DNA from: Candidatus Gastranaerophilales bacterium
Lineage (GTDB): Bacteria > Cyanobacteriota > Vampirovibrionia > Gastranaerophilales > Gastranaerophilaceae
Direction of reading: 5' to 3'
Assembly (NCBI GenBank): GCA_947625345.1
Contig: CANQNX010000002.1
Span: forward strand, 12,459-76,458
Length of the DNA: 64,000 nt
Below are positions 20,189 through 29,545 of the stretch, piece after piece (position 1 is the stretch's first letter; every line of letters starts with the position of its first letter). Made by a program: the position numbers and the translations under genes. Below the pieces are notes generated by a model that saw only the letters and a list, made by a program, of their open reading frames with translations, did not search any database and was not told the DNA's origin.

Positions 20189-20401
20189 AAGATTTTTCAG
20201 AATTTACGAATAAAGAGATGCTGAAACAAGTTCAGCATGACAAGGGGAGCAAATCATAAAGAAAATTTTGTCATTCTGAATTTATTTCAGAATCTAAAAT
20301 TTTCGTGCAAATATTTTAATAGCAGGAGAATCTGATCTCGCTTCGCTCCTCAGAATGACATAAAGAAAACAAGAGATGCTGAAACAAGTTCAGCATGACA
20401 G
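20189..20401. repeat. Composite locus of a dispersed hairpin-repeat family: a partial copy plus a ~133-nt inverted-repeat-bounded element
   Basis: A 29-nt perfect direct repeat AGAGATGCTGAAACAAGTTCAGCATGACA occurs at 20214-20242 and 20372-20400; each copy is a hairpin (ATGCTGAA/TTCAGCAT). The left end TGTCATTCTGAATTTATTTCAGAATCT (20269-20295) is the inverted counterpart of the right end (23/27 identity). The internal CTCGCTTCGCTCCTCAGAATGACATAAAGAAAA (20337-20369) is identical to 41226-41258. Confidence 0.8.
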
Positions 20402-20409
20402 TGAAAATT

Positions 20410-21708
20410 TTATTCAAAAGGATTTTTGTTTGTAGCCCATACTTGTACAATATTTATTATATTTTCACAACATTTTTTCATCGTTTCAACGGATACAAAT
20501 TCTTTTTTTGAATGAAAATTTATACCGCCCGCACCTAAATTAGGGCTCAATAATCCTCTTTCAGTTAAATTAGAACCGTCAGTACCGCCCCTTACTATTG
20601 TTTCTTTAGGCTCCAATCCTGACAATTCTATTCCTTTTTTAGCATATTCTATTACCTGAGGTACTTTTATCAGATTATCTTTCATATTTATATATTTTTT
20701 ATTGGGAACAAAATTTATTTCCGCATTAGGATATTTTTGTTTAAGTTCTTCAATAATACTTTCAATGAAGTTTATTTTCTCTTTTACCTTATTAGCGTCA
20801 AAATCTCTAACCAAAAGTTTTATTTTTGTCTCATCAATATTTCCCGAAATTGAATCAACACAATAAAATCCTTCTCTATCTTTTGTATTTTCAGGTCTTT
20901 CATCTTTCGGAAGCTTATTTATTAACTCATTTGCAATCACTATTGCATTAACCATTTTATTATATGCAAAACCCGTATGTACATTTACTCCTTTTATTGT
21001 TATTTCAGGGTTATAAGCATTAAAATTTTCGGTATCCGTTTCATCGGCATAAGAACCATCCACCGTATAAGCAACATCGGCATTAAATTTTTTTATATCA
21101 AAACTTTTTATTCCGACTCCTATTTCTTCATCGGGAGTAAAAGCAACCTTAATATTCGGTCTTTTTAGTTCCGGATGTTCCGTAAACACCCTTAATGCTT
21201 CAATTATTTCCGCTATACCTGCTTTATCATCAGCTCCTAAGAGGCTTGTTCCGTCTGAGGTTATTATTTTATGTCCTTTATATTTTTCTAATTCATTTTC
21301 TTTTATTACCTGATTATCTTTTAACTTTATATCCCCTGCTTTATAATTATGTATTATGGGTTTTACGTTTGATGTATTTACATCACTGCAAGTATCCAGA
21401 TGCGCAATAAAGCCTATAGTCGGTGAATTTTTTGTATTTGATGGCAAACTTCCAGTAACTATACCGTTTTTATCAATATGTACATCTTTAAGTCCTATAC
21501 TTTTTAGCTCGTCTGAAAGCAGTTTACCTAATTCAATTTGTCCTTCAGTTGTCGGTGACTTCTTTCCTACATTTTCTTCTTTACTTCCCGTATCTATTTT
21601 TACCGTTTTTATAAATAAATCCGTCATTCTGTCCGTATTTATATAACTTCTTGTAAGTTCCGGATTATACTTATATTCATTTCCCATATTTATACTATTA
21701 ATTTTCAT
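20410..21708 (-). CDS. pepT: Peptidase T (M20B tripeptide aminopeptidase)
   Basis: Motifs FIKTVKIDTGS, IGFIAHLDT, LGADDKAGIAEI, AFTPDEEIG, GGTDGS. The start is taken at MKINSIN (21708), which follows AAGGA; the listed ORF starts 30 nt further upstream. Confidence 0.85.
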   Translation of the reverse strand: MKINSINMGNEYKYNPELTRSYINTDRMTDLFIKTVKIDTGSKEENVGKKSPTTEGQIELGKLLSDELKSIGLKDVHIDKNGIVTGSLPSNTKNSPTIGFIAHLDTCSDVNTSNVKPIIHNYKAGDIKLKDNQVIKENELEKYKGHKIITSDGTSLLGADDKAGIAEIIEALRVFTEHPELKRPNIKVAFTPDEEIGVGIKSFDIKKFNADVAYTVDGSYADETDTENFNAYNPEITIKGVNVHTGFAYNKMVNAIVIANELINKLPKDERPENTKDREGFYCVDSISGNIDETKIKLLVRDFDANKVKEKINFIESIIEELKQKYPNAEINFVPNKKYINMKDNLIKVPQVIEYAKKGIELSGLEPKETIVRGGTDGSNLTERGLLSPNLGAGGINFHSKKEFVSVETMKKCCENIINIVQVWATNKNPFE

Positions 21709-21755
21709 TATAATTCCTTTTTTTATACTAAAAATCATAATTTAAAAATTTGCTA

Positions 21756-23174
21756 CTAAAATTGAAAATACAAAAATTCACTAACCTTATTTATAGATAA
21801 AATTGATATTATAAATAACAACAAAATTACAATAAAATGAACTTTATCGGTTTTAAATCGCTCGAGCCGCTCCATAGAATTTTTCATAAAGAATGAAAGT
21901 ATTATACATCCTGCGAATAAAAATAAACTCAATTTTATACTGCCGCTTTCAAACGAAAACCTTAATTTATTTATAACTAAAGGGTTAACTCCGTTTAATC
22001 CAATCATTGATTTTAAAATTTCAAAAGCCCTGTGTATAGAGGGTGCTCTAAAAAATACCCAAGTTATGTTTATGAAGAAGAATGTCATAAATATTGACAG
22101 ATATTTATTGATTTTTATATTAAATTTCTTCCAAAATCTGTGTATACAGGTAGCTAAACCGTGAAGTACTCCCCACATAATAAATGTCCAATTCGCACCA
22201 TGCCAGATTCCGCCTATTAAAAAAGTTAAGAATAAGTTTCTGTAGGTTTTATATTCACCGAGTCTGTTACCGCCCAAAGGAATATATATATAGTTTTTTA
22301 GAAATCTTGAAAGTGTCATATGCCATCTGCGCCAGAAATCTTGTATATTTTCCGATTTATAAGGTGAATTAAAGTTTACCGGAAGCAATATATTAAATAA
22401 TAATGCTATACCCAATGCCATATCACAATAACCCGAAAAATCAAAATATAATTGAAAAGTATATGCTAAACTGCCGCACCAGGCTTCAAAAAAGTCTACG
22501 GAAGGAAGCAGGTTAAAAATATCATTTACAAACTCAGACAGATTATCAGCTATTACAACCTTCTTAAATAATCCGATTGAAAGGAGAAATAAACCTTTTG
22601 ATATATTTTTATGATTAATGACTTTTTTTCTTATATCGGCAAATTGAGGCATCATTTCACTGTGATGCAAAATGGGACCTGCGATTAAATGAGGGAAAAA
22701 TGTTACAAAGAGTGCATAGTTTAAAAAATCATACTCTCTTACTTCTTTTTTATAAGCATCAACTAAATATGCTATCTGAGTAAATGTAAAAAAGCTTATA
22801 CCTAAAGGAAGTGCTATTTTTAAAGTATCAAATCCGGTATGTAATACCATATTAATATTATTTATCAAAAAATCAAAGTATTTATAATAACATAATAAAC
22901 CGACATTTCCTATAATTCCCGCAACTAACACAAGCTTTCTGTTTATTTTTAAATCAGAAGGATGAGACAGAGTATAACCTACAGTATAGTTAAAGACCAT
23001 AGAAAGTAATATCAAAGTTAAGTATTTATAGTTCCAATATCCGTAAAAAAATAATGATGCAACAACTAACCACCCTGTTGATAGCATTATTAATCTTTTT
23101 TTGTTTAAAAAGAAATATACAAAAAATGTTATCGGCAAAAATATAAATAAAAATTCCAACGAATTAAAAAGCAT
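21756..23174 (-). CDS. MBOAT-family membrane-bound O-acyltransferase (AlgI/DltB/PatA-like)
   Basis: A 472-aa polytopic protein. It has an AlgI-type N-terminus (MLFNSLEFLFIFLPITFF), the motifs FWRRWHMTLSRFLKNYIYIPLGGNR, and the conserved His in IGGIWHGANW. Confidence 0.85.
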   Translation of the reverse strand: MLFNSLEFLFIFLPITFFVYFFLNKKRLIMLSTGWLVVASLFFYGYWNYKYLTLILLSMVFNYTVGYTLSHPSDLKINRKLVLVAGIIGNVGLLCYYKYFDFLINNINMVLHTGFDTLKIALPLGISFFTFTQIAYLVDAYKKEVREYDFLNYALFVTFFPHLIAGPILHHSEMMPQFADIRKKVINHKNISKGLFLLSIGLFKKVVIADNLSEFVNDIFNLLPSVDFFEAWCGSLAYTFQLYFDFSGYCDMALGIALLFNILLPVNFNSPYKSENIQDFWRRWHMTLSRFLKNYIYIPLGGNRLGEYKTYRNLFLTFLIGGIWHGANWTFIMWGVLHGLATCIHRFWKKFNIKINKYLSIFMTFFFINITWVFFRAPSIHRAFEILKSMIGLNGVNPLVINKLRFSFESGSIKLSLFLFAGCIILSFFMKNSMERLERFKTDKVHFIVILLLFIISILSINKVSEFLYFQF

Positions 23175-24262
23175 TACCTAATCCACTCCTTAACACACTC
23201 TATTACCTGAGGATGGTCTTGAATATAATTGTTAAATTTATTCTCCTCCTTTTTCAAATAATTTTTTACATTTTCTTTATTTATTAATATGACAGTATCG
23301 TTATTTTTTACAAACAAACTTTGCTCAAACAATGCTCCCATATACTTTGTAGCATGTACTGCATCCCTAAAGTATTTCATATCTGTAGATACAGGTTCCG
23401 TATTGTATTTATTTATCGATGATAAATCGTAATAATCAAAGTTTTCGGCTAATTTTTCTTTCAGTCTGAAGTAATCATCCGTTAAAAAATGTTCTTTAAT
23501 ATTTATCAAGTCAATTATATGTGCAGGAGTAAATAAGAATACGACTTGTGCCCCTTTGTTTTGTGCAAATTCCTGAAAAGATAATAATTCTTCAATTGCA
23601 TCTGTATTTAAAACATAATCGGAATAATAATCCCTGTCATATTTTTTTACGGTTTGTTCAAAGTAATGCATAGCTCTATAGTTTGGCGTGTTTTCCACAC
23701 TATAAATATCTACATTATTTTTTAATAAAATATTATCTTTAAGAGTAATTAAACTGTATTTGAAAGTATCAAAAGATATTAGAAAAGGAAGTATTTCTTC
23801 AGCACTAATTTTTATGTTATTAATTCTTTTTATATCAACGGCAGTATCATAATAATTTGAACTGAACGCAAAAAAATCCAACCCAAAATAAATTTTTTTT
23901 ATTTCCGGATGAATTAACAAGGCATTTTCCGCCATTATTATATTTTCTTTTATACTTGAAGAACTCATTGCTAATGAATAAACATTCTTGCCTGAAATTT
24001 TTGAAGAATAATACGGATTTAACCACCAATCAATTTTCGAACTTCCTACAAAAATAATGTCAATTTTATCTTTATATAATTTTAGTGCAGGTATTTTGGT
24101 CATCCTCTCCTGCTTTGAAATGCATGATTTAAATAAATTAACTCTTTCGGATTTATAAACCTTAAATATATCAAACGGATCAATTATAAAATTAATAATG
24201 CTTACCAAAAAAACCGTTGCAAGCGTAATTATAAATATTAATTTATTAAACTTCTTATACAT
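23174..24262 (-). CDS. Membrane-anchored SGNH/DltD/AlgJ-like partner of the MBOAT protein
   Basis: A 362-aa protein with an N-terminal TM helix. Block-I-like IIFVGSSKIDWW (candidate nucleophile Ser) and block-V-like FRDAVHAT (DxxH) are present. Its stop overlaps the MBOAT start (TAATG). The assignment is by motif only. Confidence 0.5.
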   Translation of the reverse strand: MYKKFNKLIFIITLATVFLVSIINFIIDPFDIFKVYKSERVNLFKSCISKQERMTKIPALKLYKDKIDIIFVGSSKIDWWLNPYYSSKISGKNVYSLAMSSSSIKENIIMAENALLIHPEIKKIYFGLDFFAFSSNYYDTAVDIKRINNIKISAEEILPFLISFDTFKYSLITLKDNILLKNNVDIYSVENTPNYRAMHYFEQTVKKYDRDYYSDYVLNTDAIEELLSFQEFAQNKGAQVVFLFTPAHIIDLINIKEHFLTDDYFRLKEKLAENFDYYDLSSINKYNTEPVSTDMKYFRDAVHATKYMGALFEQSLFVKNNDTVILINKENVKNYLKKEENKFNNYIQDHPQVIECVKEWIR

Positions 24263-24458
24263 TTTCGTTTATCCAATCAATAACATTGGGATTATTTTTA
24301 ATATATTTAATCATATTTTGCTTATCCTTATTTAAAAATTGATTAACGTTTGATTGATTTAATACATGCCCGAAATTTTTATTATATCCGATTAATCTTT
24401 CTATAACAATATCACCTAAAATATGTGTAGAATGAGAAGCTTCAAAGAAATATTTCAT
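24255..24458 (-). pseudogene. Relic of a duplicated SGNH-like gene (C-terminal ~67 codons only)
   Basis: MKYFFEASHSTHILG...NQSNVNQFLNKDKQNMIKYIKNNPNVIDWI aligns colinearly with the C-terminus of the adjacent 362-aa protein (MKYFRDAVHATKYMG...NKENVKNYLKKEENKFNNYIQDHPQVIECV). Similarity continues a few codons upstream of the ATG (NEDPK vs NTEP). Confidence 0.5.
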
Positions 24459-24535
24459 TTTAGGGTCTTCATTTAAAATATATAATAATATAATAAATAA
24501 ATTCTTTGAGTTATACTTTAGAAAAAGGCAAAGAC

Positions 24536-25948
24536 ATGTATAATTTAAAATCGGAAAATGCTGAAGAATTTATTTCAAATGAAGAAGTTTTAAAGACTAT
24601 AGAATATGCAACTTCCAATAAAACTAACTTATCAATAGTTAACTCAATACTTGAAAAAGCGAGAGAGAAAAAAGGGTTAACTCATAAGGAAGCCGCAGTA
24701 TTGCTTTTATGTCAGGATAAAGAGAAAACGGAAGAAATATTTTCACTATCAAGGGAAATAAAAGAAGAATATTACGGTAACAGAATAGTATTATTTGCGC
24801 CGTTATATCTTTCCAATTATTGTGTAAACGGCTGTACATACTGCCCTTATCACGCAATTAATAAGCATATACCAAGAAAGAAAATGACTCAGGAGGAAAT
24901 AAGAAATGAAGTTATAGCCCTTCAAGATATGGGGCATAAGCGTTTAGCGATAGAATCGGGAGAAGATCCAGTTAATAATCCGATAGAGTACATTTTGGAA
25001 TCAATAGATACAATATATTCCGTAAAACATAAAAACGGTGCCATAAGAAGAGTTAATGTTAATATAGCGGCAACAACCATTGAAAATTACCGAAAATTAC
25101 ACGAAGCTAAAATAGGTACATATATTTTATTTCAGGAAACATATAATAAACAAACATATGAAAGACTTCATCCGACAGGCCCGAAACACAATTACAACTA
25201 CCATACCGAAGCAATGGACAGAGCTATGCAAGGCGGTATAGATGATGTTGGAATGGGTGTTCTTTTCGGACTTGATAATTACGTCTATGAATTTGTTTCT
25301 CTTCTTATGCACGCAGAGCACTTAGAAGCTTTATACGGAGTCGGACCTCATACAATCAGTGTTCCGAGAATAAGAAGAGCCGATGATATTGACGTTACTA
25401 CATTTAAAAATGCCGTAGATGATGAAACATTTAAAAAAATTGTTGCAGTAATAAGAATTGCAATACCTTATACAGGGATGATTATATCCACAAGAGAGAA
25501 TAAAGAGTGCAGAAAAGAACTTTTAGAACTCGGTATTTCACAAATATCTGGAGGTTCAAAAACGAGTGTAGGCGGTTATTATAAAGATGAAGAAGAAGAC
25601 TCAAGCCAGTTCGAAGTTAACGATAACAGAACTCTTGATGAAGTAGTTAATTGGCTCATGGAATTAAATTATCTTCCGAGTTTTTGCACGGCTTGTTACG
25701 GTTCGGGCAGAGTAGGCGACAGGTTTATGGAAATATGTAAAGACAGACAAATTCATTATTTCTGCCATCCTAACGCAATTATGACACTTAAAGAATATCT
25801 TCAGGATTATGCTTCCGAAAAAACAAAAAATACCGGAGAAAAATTAATTTTGAATGAAATTAACAAAATAGAAGATGAAAATATTAAATTAAAAGTAACA
25901 AATAATATATCCAAAATTATAAACGGTGAGCGTAATTTCAAATTTTAA
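24536..25948 (+). CDS. hydG: [FeFe]-hydrogenase maturase HydG (radical SAM tyrosine lyase)
   Basis: ThiH-like radical SAM motif YLSNYCVNGCTYCPY, plus the HydG-specific C-terminal Cx2Cx22C (CTACYGSGRVGDRFMEICKDRQIHYFC). The protein is about 470 aa. The ATG at 24536 is preferred over the listed TTG. Confidence 0.85.
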   Translation: MYNLKSENAEEFISNEEVLKTIEYATSNKTNLSIVNSILEKAREKKGLTHKEAAVLLLCQDKEKTEEIFSLSREIKEEYYGNRIVLFAPLYLSNYCVNGCTYCPYHAINKHIPRKKMTQEEIRNEVIALQDMGHKRLAIESGEDPVNNPIEYILESIDTIYSVKHKNGAIRRVNVNIAATTIENYRKLHEAKIGTYILFQETYNKQTYERLHPTGPKHNYNYHTEAMDRAMQGGIDDVGMGVLFGLDNYVYEFVSLLMHAEHLEALYGVGPHTISVPRIRRADDIDVTTFKNAVDDETFKKIVAVIRIAIPYTGMIISTRENKECRKELLELGISQISGGSKTSVGGYYKDEEEDSSQFEVNDNRTLDEVVNWLMELNYLPSFCTACYGSGRVGDRFMEICKDRQIHYFCHPNAIMTLKEYLQDYASEKTKNTGEKLILNEINKIEDENIKLKVTNNISKIINGERNFKF

Positions 25949-26026
25949 GTAAATTTAAATTATTAAGATTGTTGTAAAGTTTAGTTTATACTTATACAAT
26001 AGTAATTATTATTGATTGGAGAAAAG

Positions 26027-26305
26027 ATGAGCGAAGATAAGATAATAGTAACCATATCCGGTAAGGACGGAGTCGGAATAGTTGCTGAAATCGCAGGAGT
26101 TCTTGCAAAATACGGAGTTAATATTGAAGATATTCGTCAAACTATTATGCAAGGCTGTTTTATGATGTTTTTATTAGGTGATATCAGCAAGTCCTCTTTT
26201 TCATTTAAAGAAATAAAAGATGCCGTAACCGAATCAGGTAAAAAGTTAGGTATGGAAATCTGGATACAGAAAAAAGAAATTTTTGATAAAATGCACACTA
26301 TTTAA
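26027..26305 (+). CDS. ACT-domain protein (UPF0237-like)
   Basis: MSEDKIIVTISGKDGVGIVAEIAGVLAKYGVNIEDIRQT is a typical ACT beta-alpha-beta start. The protein is about 92 aa and is paired with the downstream UPF0210-type gene. GGAG lies 7 nt upstream of the ATG. Confidence 0.75.
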   Translation: MSEDKIIVTISGKDGVGIVAEIAGVLAKYGVNIEDIRQTIMQGCFMMFLLGDISKSSFSFKEIKDAVTESGKKLGMEIWIQKKEIFDKMHTI

Positions 26306-26315
26306 GGAAAAATAA

Positions 26316-27683
26316 ATGTCTTTTTTTAATGAAGAATCTATAATTGAAACCATTAATATGATAAAAGTCCACAATTTGGACATAAGAACCGTAACTTTAG
26401 CATTAAGTTTAAGAGATTGCTGCGGAGAAAATGTTCGTGAAGTCGGGGACAAAATATATAATAAGATTATAAAATACGCTAAAAATTTATATCAATATGC
26501 ATCTGAAATAGAAGAAGAATATTCAATTCCGATTATTAATAAAAGAATAGCTGTTACACCGATTTCACTTGTCGGAGAATCCTGCAAAGACTATGACTAC
26601 GTATATTTGGCAAAAATTTTGGATGAAGCGGCAAAAGAAGTAAATGTAAATTTTATAGGCGGATATTCAGCATTAGTGGAAAAAGGATGTACAAAAGGTG
26701 ATATTGCACTTATAGAAAGCATCCCCGAAGCATTAAGTAAAACCCAAAGAGTATGTTCATCAGTAAATCTTGCATCTACCAAAGCAGGTATTAATATGGA
26801 TGCAGTGAAAAAAATGGGAACAATAATAAAACAGGCAGCTAATCTTACAAAAGACCAAGACGGCATAGGTGCCGCAAAATTAGTATGTTTTTGTAATGTT
26901 CCCGGTGATAATCCGTTTATGGCAGGAGCTTTCCACGGATACGGAGAACCCGAGTGTGCATTAAATATCGGAGTATCAGGTCCCGGAGTAGTACGTGCGG
27001 CTGTAGAAAATCTTCCAAAGGATGCGGATTTCGGAGAACTATCAAATAAAATTAAACAAATAGCCTTCAAAATAACATCAACAGGTGAATTAGTAGGAAG
27101 AAGAATGGCTAAAAAAATGGATATTCCATTCGGAATTATAGATTTATCATTGGCACCGACACCCGCAATAGGAGATTCAGTTGCAGGAATATTTCAGGCA
27201 ATGGGCTTGGAACATGCCGGCGCTCACGGTACCACGGCAGCACTTGCGATGCTAAATGATGCCGTAAAAAAAGGCGGTATTATGGCAAGCTCTTATGTCG
27301 GCGGATTATCTGGAGCTTTTATTCCTGTTTCCGAAGATGCAGGCATGATTGAAGCTGCAAAACAAGGTGTATTAACTTTTGATAAGCTTGAAGCAATGAC
27401 CTGCGTATGTTCCGTAGGACTTGATATGATTGCAATTCCGGGTGACACACCCGAATCTACGATATCAGGTATTATTTCAGATGAAATGGCAATCGGTATG
27501 ATAAATAAAAAAACCACCGCGGTAAGAATAATACCCGTCCCCGATAAATCAGTCGGTGATTATGCAGTATACGGCGGCTTACTCGGCGAAGCTCCGATAA
27601 TGAAGGTTAATAAATTATCCTCGGAAACATTTATTAACAGAGGCGGCAGAATCCCTGCACCCATTCACAGTTTAAATAATTAA
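26316..27683 (+). CDS. UPF0210/DUF711-family protein
   Basis: A 455-aa protein beginning with [24 protein letters not shown]. It also contains [51 protein letters not shown] and RIPAPIHSL. It forms the conserved pairing with an ACT protein. Confidence 0.75.
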   Translation: MSFFNEESIIETINMIKVHNLDIRTVTLALSLRDCCGENVREVGDKIYNKIIKYAKNLYQYASEIEEEYSIPIINKRIAVTPISLVGESCKDYDYVYLAKILDEAAKEVNVNFIGGYSALVEKGCTKGDIALIESIPEALSKTQRVCSSVNLASTKAGINMDAVKKMGTIIKQAANLTKDQDGIGAAKLVCFCNVPGDNPFMAGAFHGYGEPECALNIGVSGPGVVRAAVENLPKDADFGELSNKIKQIAFKITSTGELVGRRMAKKMDIPFGIIDLSLAPTPAIGDSVAGIFQAMGLEHAGAHGTTAALAMLNDAVKKGGIMASSYVGGLSGAFIPVSEDAGMIEAAKQGVLTFDKLEAMTCVCSVGLDMIAIPGDTPESTISGIISDEMAIGMINKKTTAVRIIPVPDKSVGDYAVYGGLLGEAPIMKVNKLSSETFINRGGRIPAPIHSLNN

Positions 27684-27753
27684 ATTATAAGCTTTTATTT
27701 GAATCGGATTAATGTTATTATCTCTCATTCGTTTTAAAATACCGAAAAAAATA

Positions 27754-28953
27754 TTAAAAATTTAAAGAACAAATATAAGCATCAGACCAACAATTTTGAA
27801 GATTAAATCCCCCTGTATAACCGTCTATGTTCAAGATTTCCCCTATAAAATATAAACCTTTATATATTTTAGATTCCATTGTCTTAGAATTTACTTCATC
27901 TAAATCAATTCCTCCTGCAGTTACTATTTCAGAATTTTTTATTCTGCCTTTCACATGTACTTTAAAATTGATAAGAGAATTAATTAAAATTTCTTTTTCG
28001 GTTTTATTTAACTGAGAAGCCTGTTTATCAGGATTTATACCGTTTACGGTCATAACTTCTTCAATAAATTTATACGGTGCAAATTTAGAGAATACATTTT
28101 TTATACTTTTTTTACAATTATTTTTAATTTCATCTTCTATGTCTGATTTATCCGAAATTGTCAATTTTATATTTAATTCCAACGGATTTTTGTCGTTAAA
28201 ATTTTCATAAGCACTTAAAGCTGCAATTTTAAATATTGCAGGTCCTGTAATTGATTTATGAGTAAATAATATATCTCCCTCAACCTTTTTATAGTTTCCT
28301 GCGGAAATTACAACATTTTTAAACCCTAAGCCCGAAAGCTTATAATAATTGTTTTCCGAAATATCAAGAGAACAAAGTGAAGCCTTAGGTTCAATTATTG
28401 TATGCTCTGTTTTGTTTATATGTTCAAATCCTTTTCCTCCCGTTGCAACAATAACATAATTAAAATGATACCTGTTTTTCAGAGTTTCAATAACAAAATA
28501 ATCGTCTTCTTTATATATTGAAGTAACTTTTTCTTTTTTTAAATTGAAGTTGGACACATTAAGGTGCGAAGAAAGTTTTTTTGCCACATCTTGCGCACTG
28601 TTTGATACGGGAAATACTCTTTTATCCTTTTGCACATAAGTATCAATACCTAAATCTTTAAACAATTTTCTCGTTTGAACCTGATTAAATTTTGAAAATA
28701 CAGACAGAAGAAATTTTTCACCCCTCGGATAATTAGATACAAAATATTTAATATCATCTTCATCAAAAGTAATATTACACCTTCCGCCGCCTGTCGGTAA
28801 AAGTGTGGAAAAAGGCTGTTTAAAATCAAATCCGAATACATTATTATAAGGATTCTTCGTTAAAAGAACACTGACTAAACCCCCTGCCGCTCCCAAACCG
28901 ACAACGGCAATTTTTTTATATGTCAATTCTTGTTCCATAGAGATAAACATCAT
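27754..28953 (-). CDS. HI0933/BaiN-like FAD-dependent flavoprotein
   Basis: Dinucleotide-binding IAVVGLGAAGG, then the family motif GGGRCNIT and the C-terminal EIVTAGGIDLDEV...GLYFIGEILNIDGYTGGFNLQ. The start may be the internal MEQ at 28938. Confidence 0.75.
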   Translation of the reverse strand: MMFISMEQELTYKKIAVVGLGAAGGLVSVLLTKNPYNNVFGFDFKQPFSTLLPTGGGRCNITFDEDDIKYFVSNYPRGEKFLLSVFSKFNQVQTRKLFKDLGIDTYVQKDKRVFPVSNSAQDVAKKLSSHLNVSNFNLKKEKVTSIYKEDDYFVIETLKNRYHFNYVIVATGGKGFEHINKTEHTIIEPKASLCSLDISENNYYKLSGLGFKNVVISAGNYKKVEGDILFTHKSITGPAIFKIAALSAYENFNDKNPLELNIKLTISDKSDIEDEIKNNCKKSIKNVFSKFAPYKFIEEVMTVNGINPDKQASQLNKTEKEILINSLINFKVHVKGRIKNSEIVTAGGIDLDEVNSKTMESKIYKGLYFIGEILNIDGYTGGFNLQNCWSDAYICSLNF

Positions 28954-29422
28954 CTAAAGTTTCTAAAGACTCGTGAAGCTCAAGCAAAGACTTTTTATAC
29001 TTTGGATGAACATAATCAGGAATAAGTTCCAAAAGAGGAACAAGTGCGAAAGCTCTTTCATGCAGGTGTTCATGAGGTATTTTTAAATCCGGTTCATCAA
29101 CAATTAAATCCCCATAAAAAAGAATATCAATATCTATTTTTCTCGCTTCATAATTTGAAGAATTTGACTTTTCTCTGCCCATTTGTATTTCTGTATTTTT
29201 ACACAACTGCAAAAGCTCACGGGGAGATAATTTTGTCTTAACTTCAATAACCGCATTAACAAACCATTCTAAATCTTTGTTTCCCCAAGGTTCGGTTTCA
29301 TAAAAAGCAGATGAGCGAACAACAGTCACCATTGAGTTAGCGGTAAGCATTTTAACTGCCTGTTGTATATGACTAACTTTGTCGGATATATTAGACCCTA
29401 AACACAAATACGCTACTGCCAT
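28916..29422 (-). CDS. folK: 2-amino-4-hydroxy-6-hydroxymethyldihydropteridine diphosphokinase
   Basis: AYLCLGSNISD, YETEPWG, IDIDILFYG and IPHEHLHERAFALVPLLE are classic HPPK motifs. Length 168 aa. Confidence 0.85.
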   Translation of the reverse strand: MAVAYLCLGSNISDKVSHIQQAVKMLTANSMVTVVRSSAFYETEPWGNKDLEWFVNAVIEVKTKLSPRELLQLCKNTEIQMGREKSNSSNYEARKIDIDILFYGDLIVDEPDLKIPHEHLHERAFALVPLLELIPDYVHPKYKKSLLELHESLETLDDVYLYGTRIDI

Positions 29423-29545
29423 GAAAACTCCTTCTTTATTAGTATTGTATTATTTTTTTAAAGAGTTTACAAGAATATTCAAGAATAAATTAATATTTGT
29501 AATAATAGTTTAAGTATAATGTAATTTTCATGATAAACTCAAAGT

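Noticed and set aside
20189-20401. A CRISPR array or tRNA-derived element as an explanation for the clustered repeats.
   Set aside because: There are only two identical 29-mers, with irregular spacing and mixed orientation. The repeats are fold-back hairpins shared with distant loci, there are no cas genes, and no cloverleaf can be drawn.
29423-29545. An FMN riboswitch, as expected in front of ribE.
   Set aside because: None of the conserved G/C-rich FMN-element blocks is visible. The region looks like a plain AT-rich promoter/UTR.
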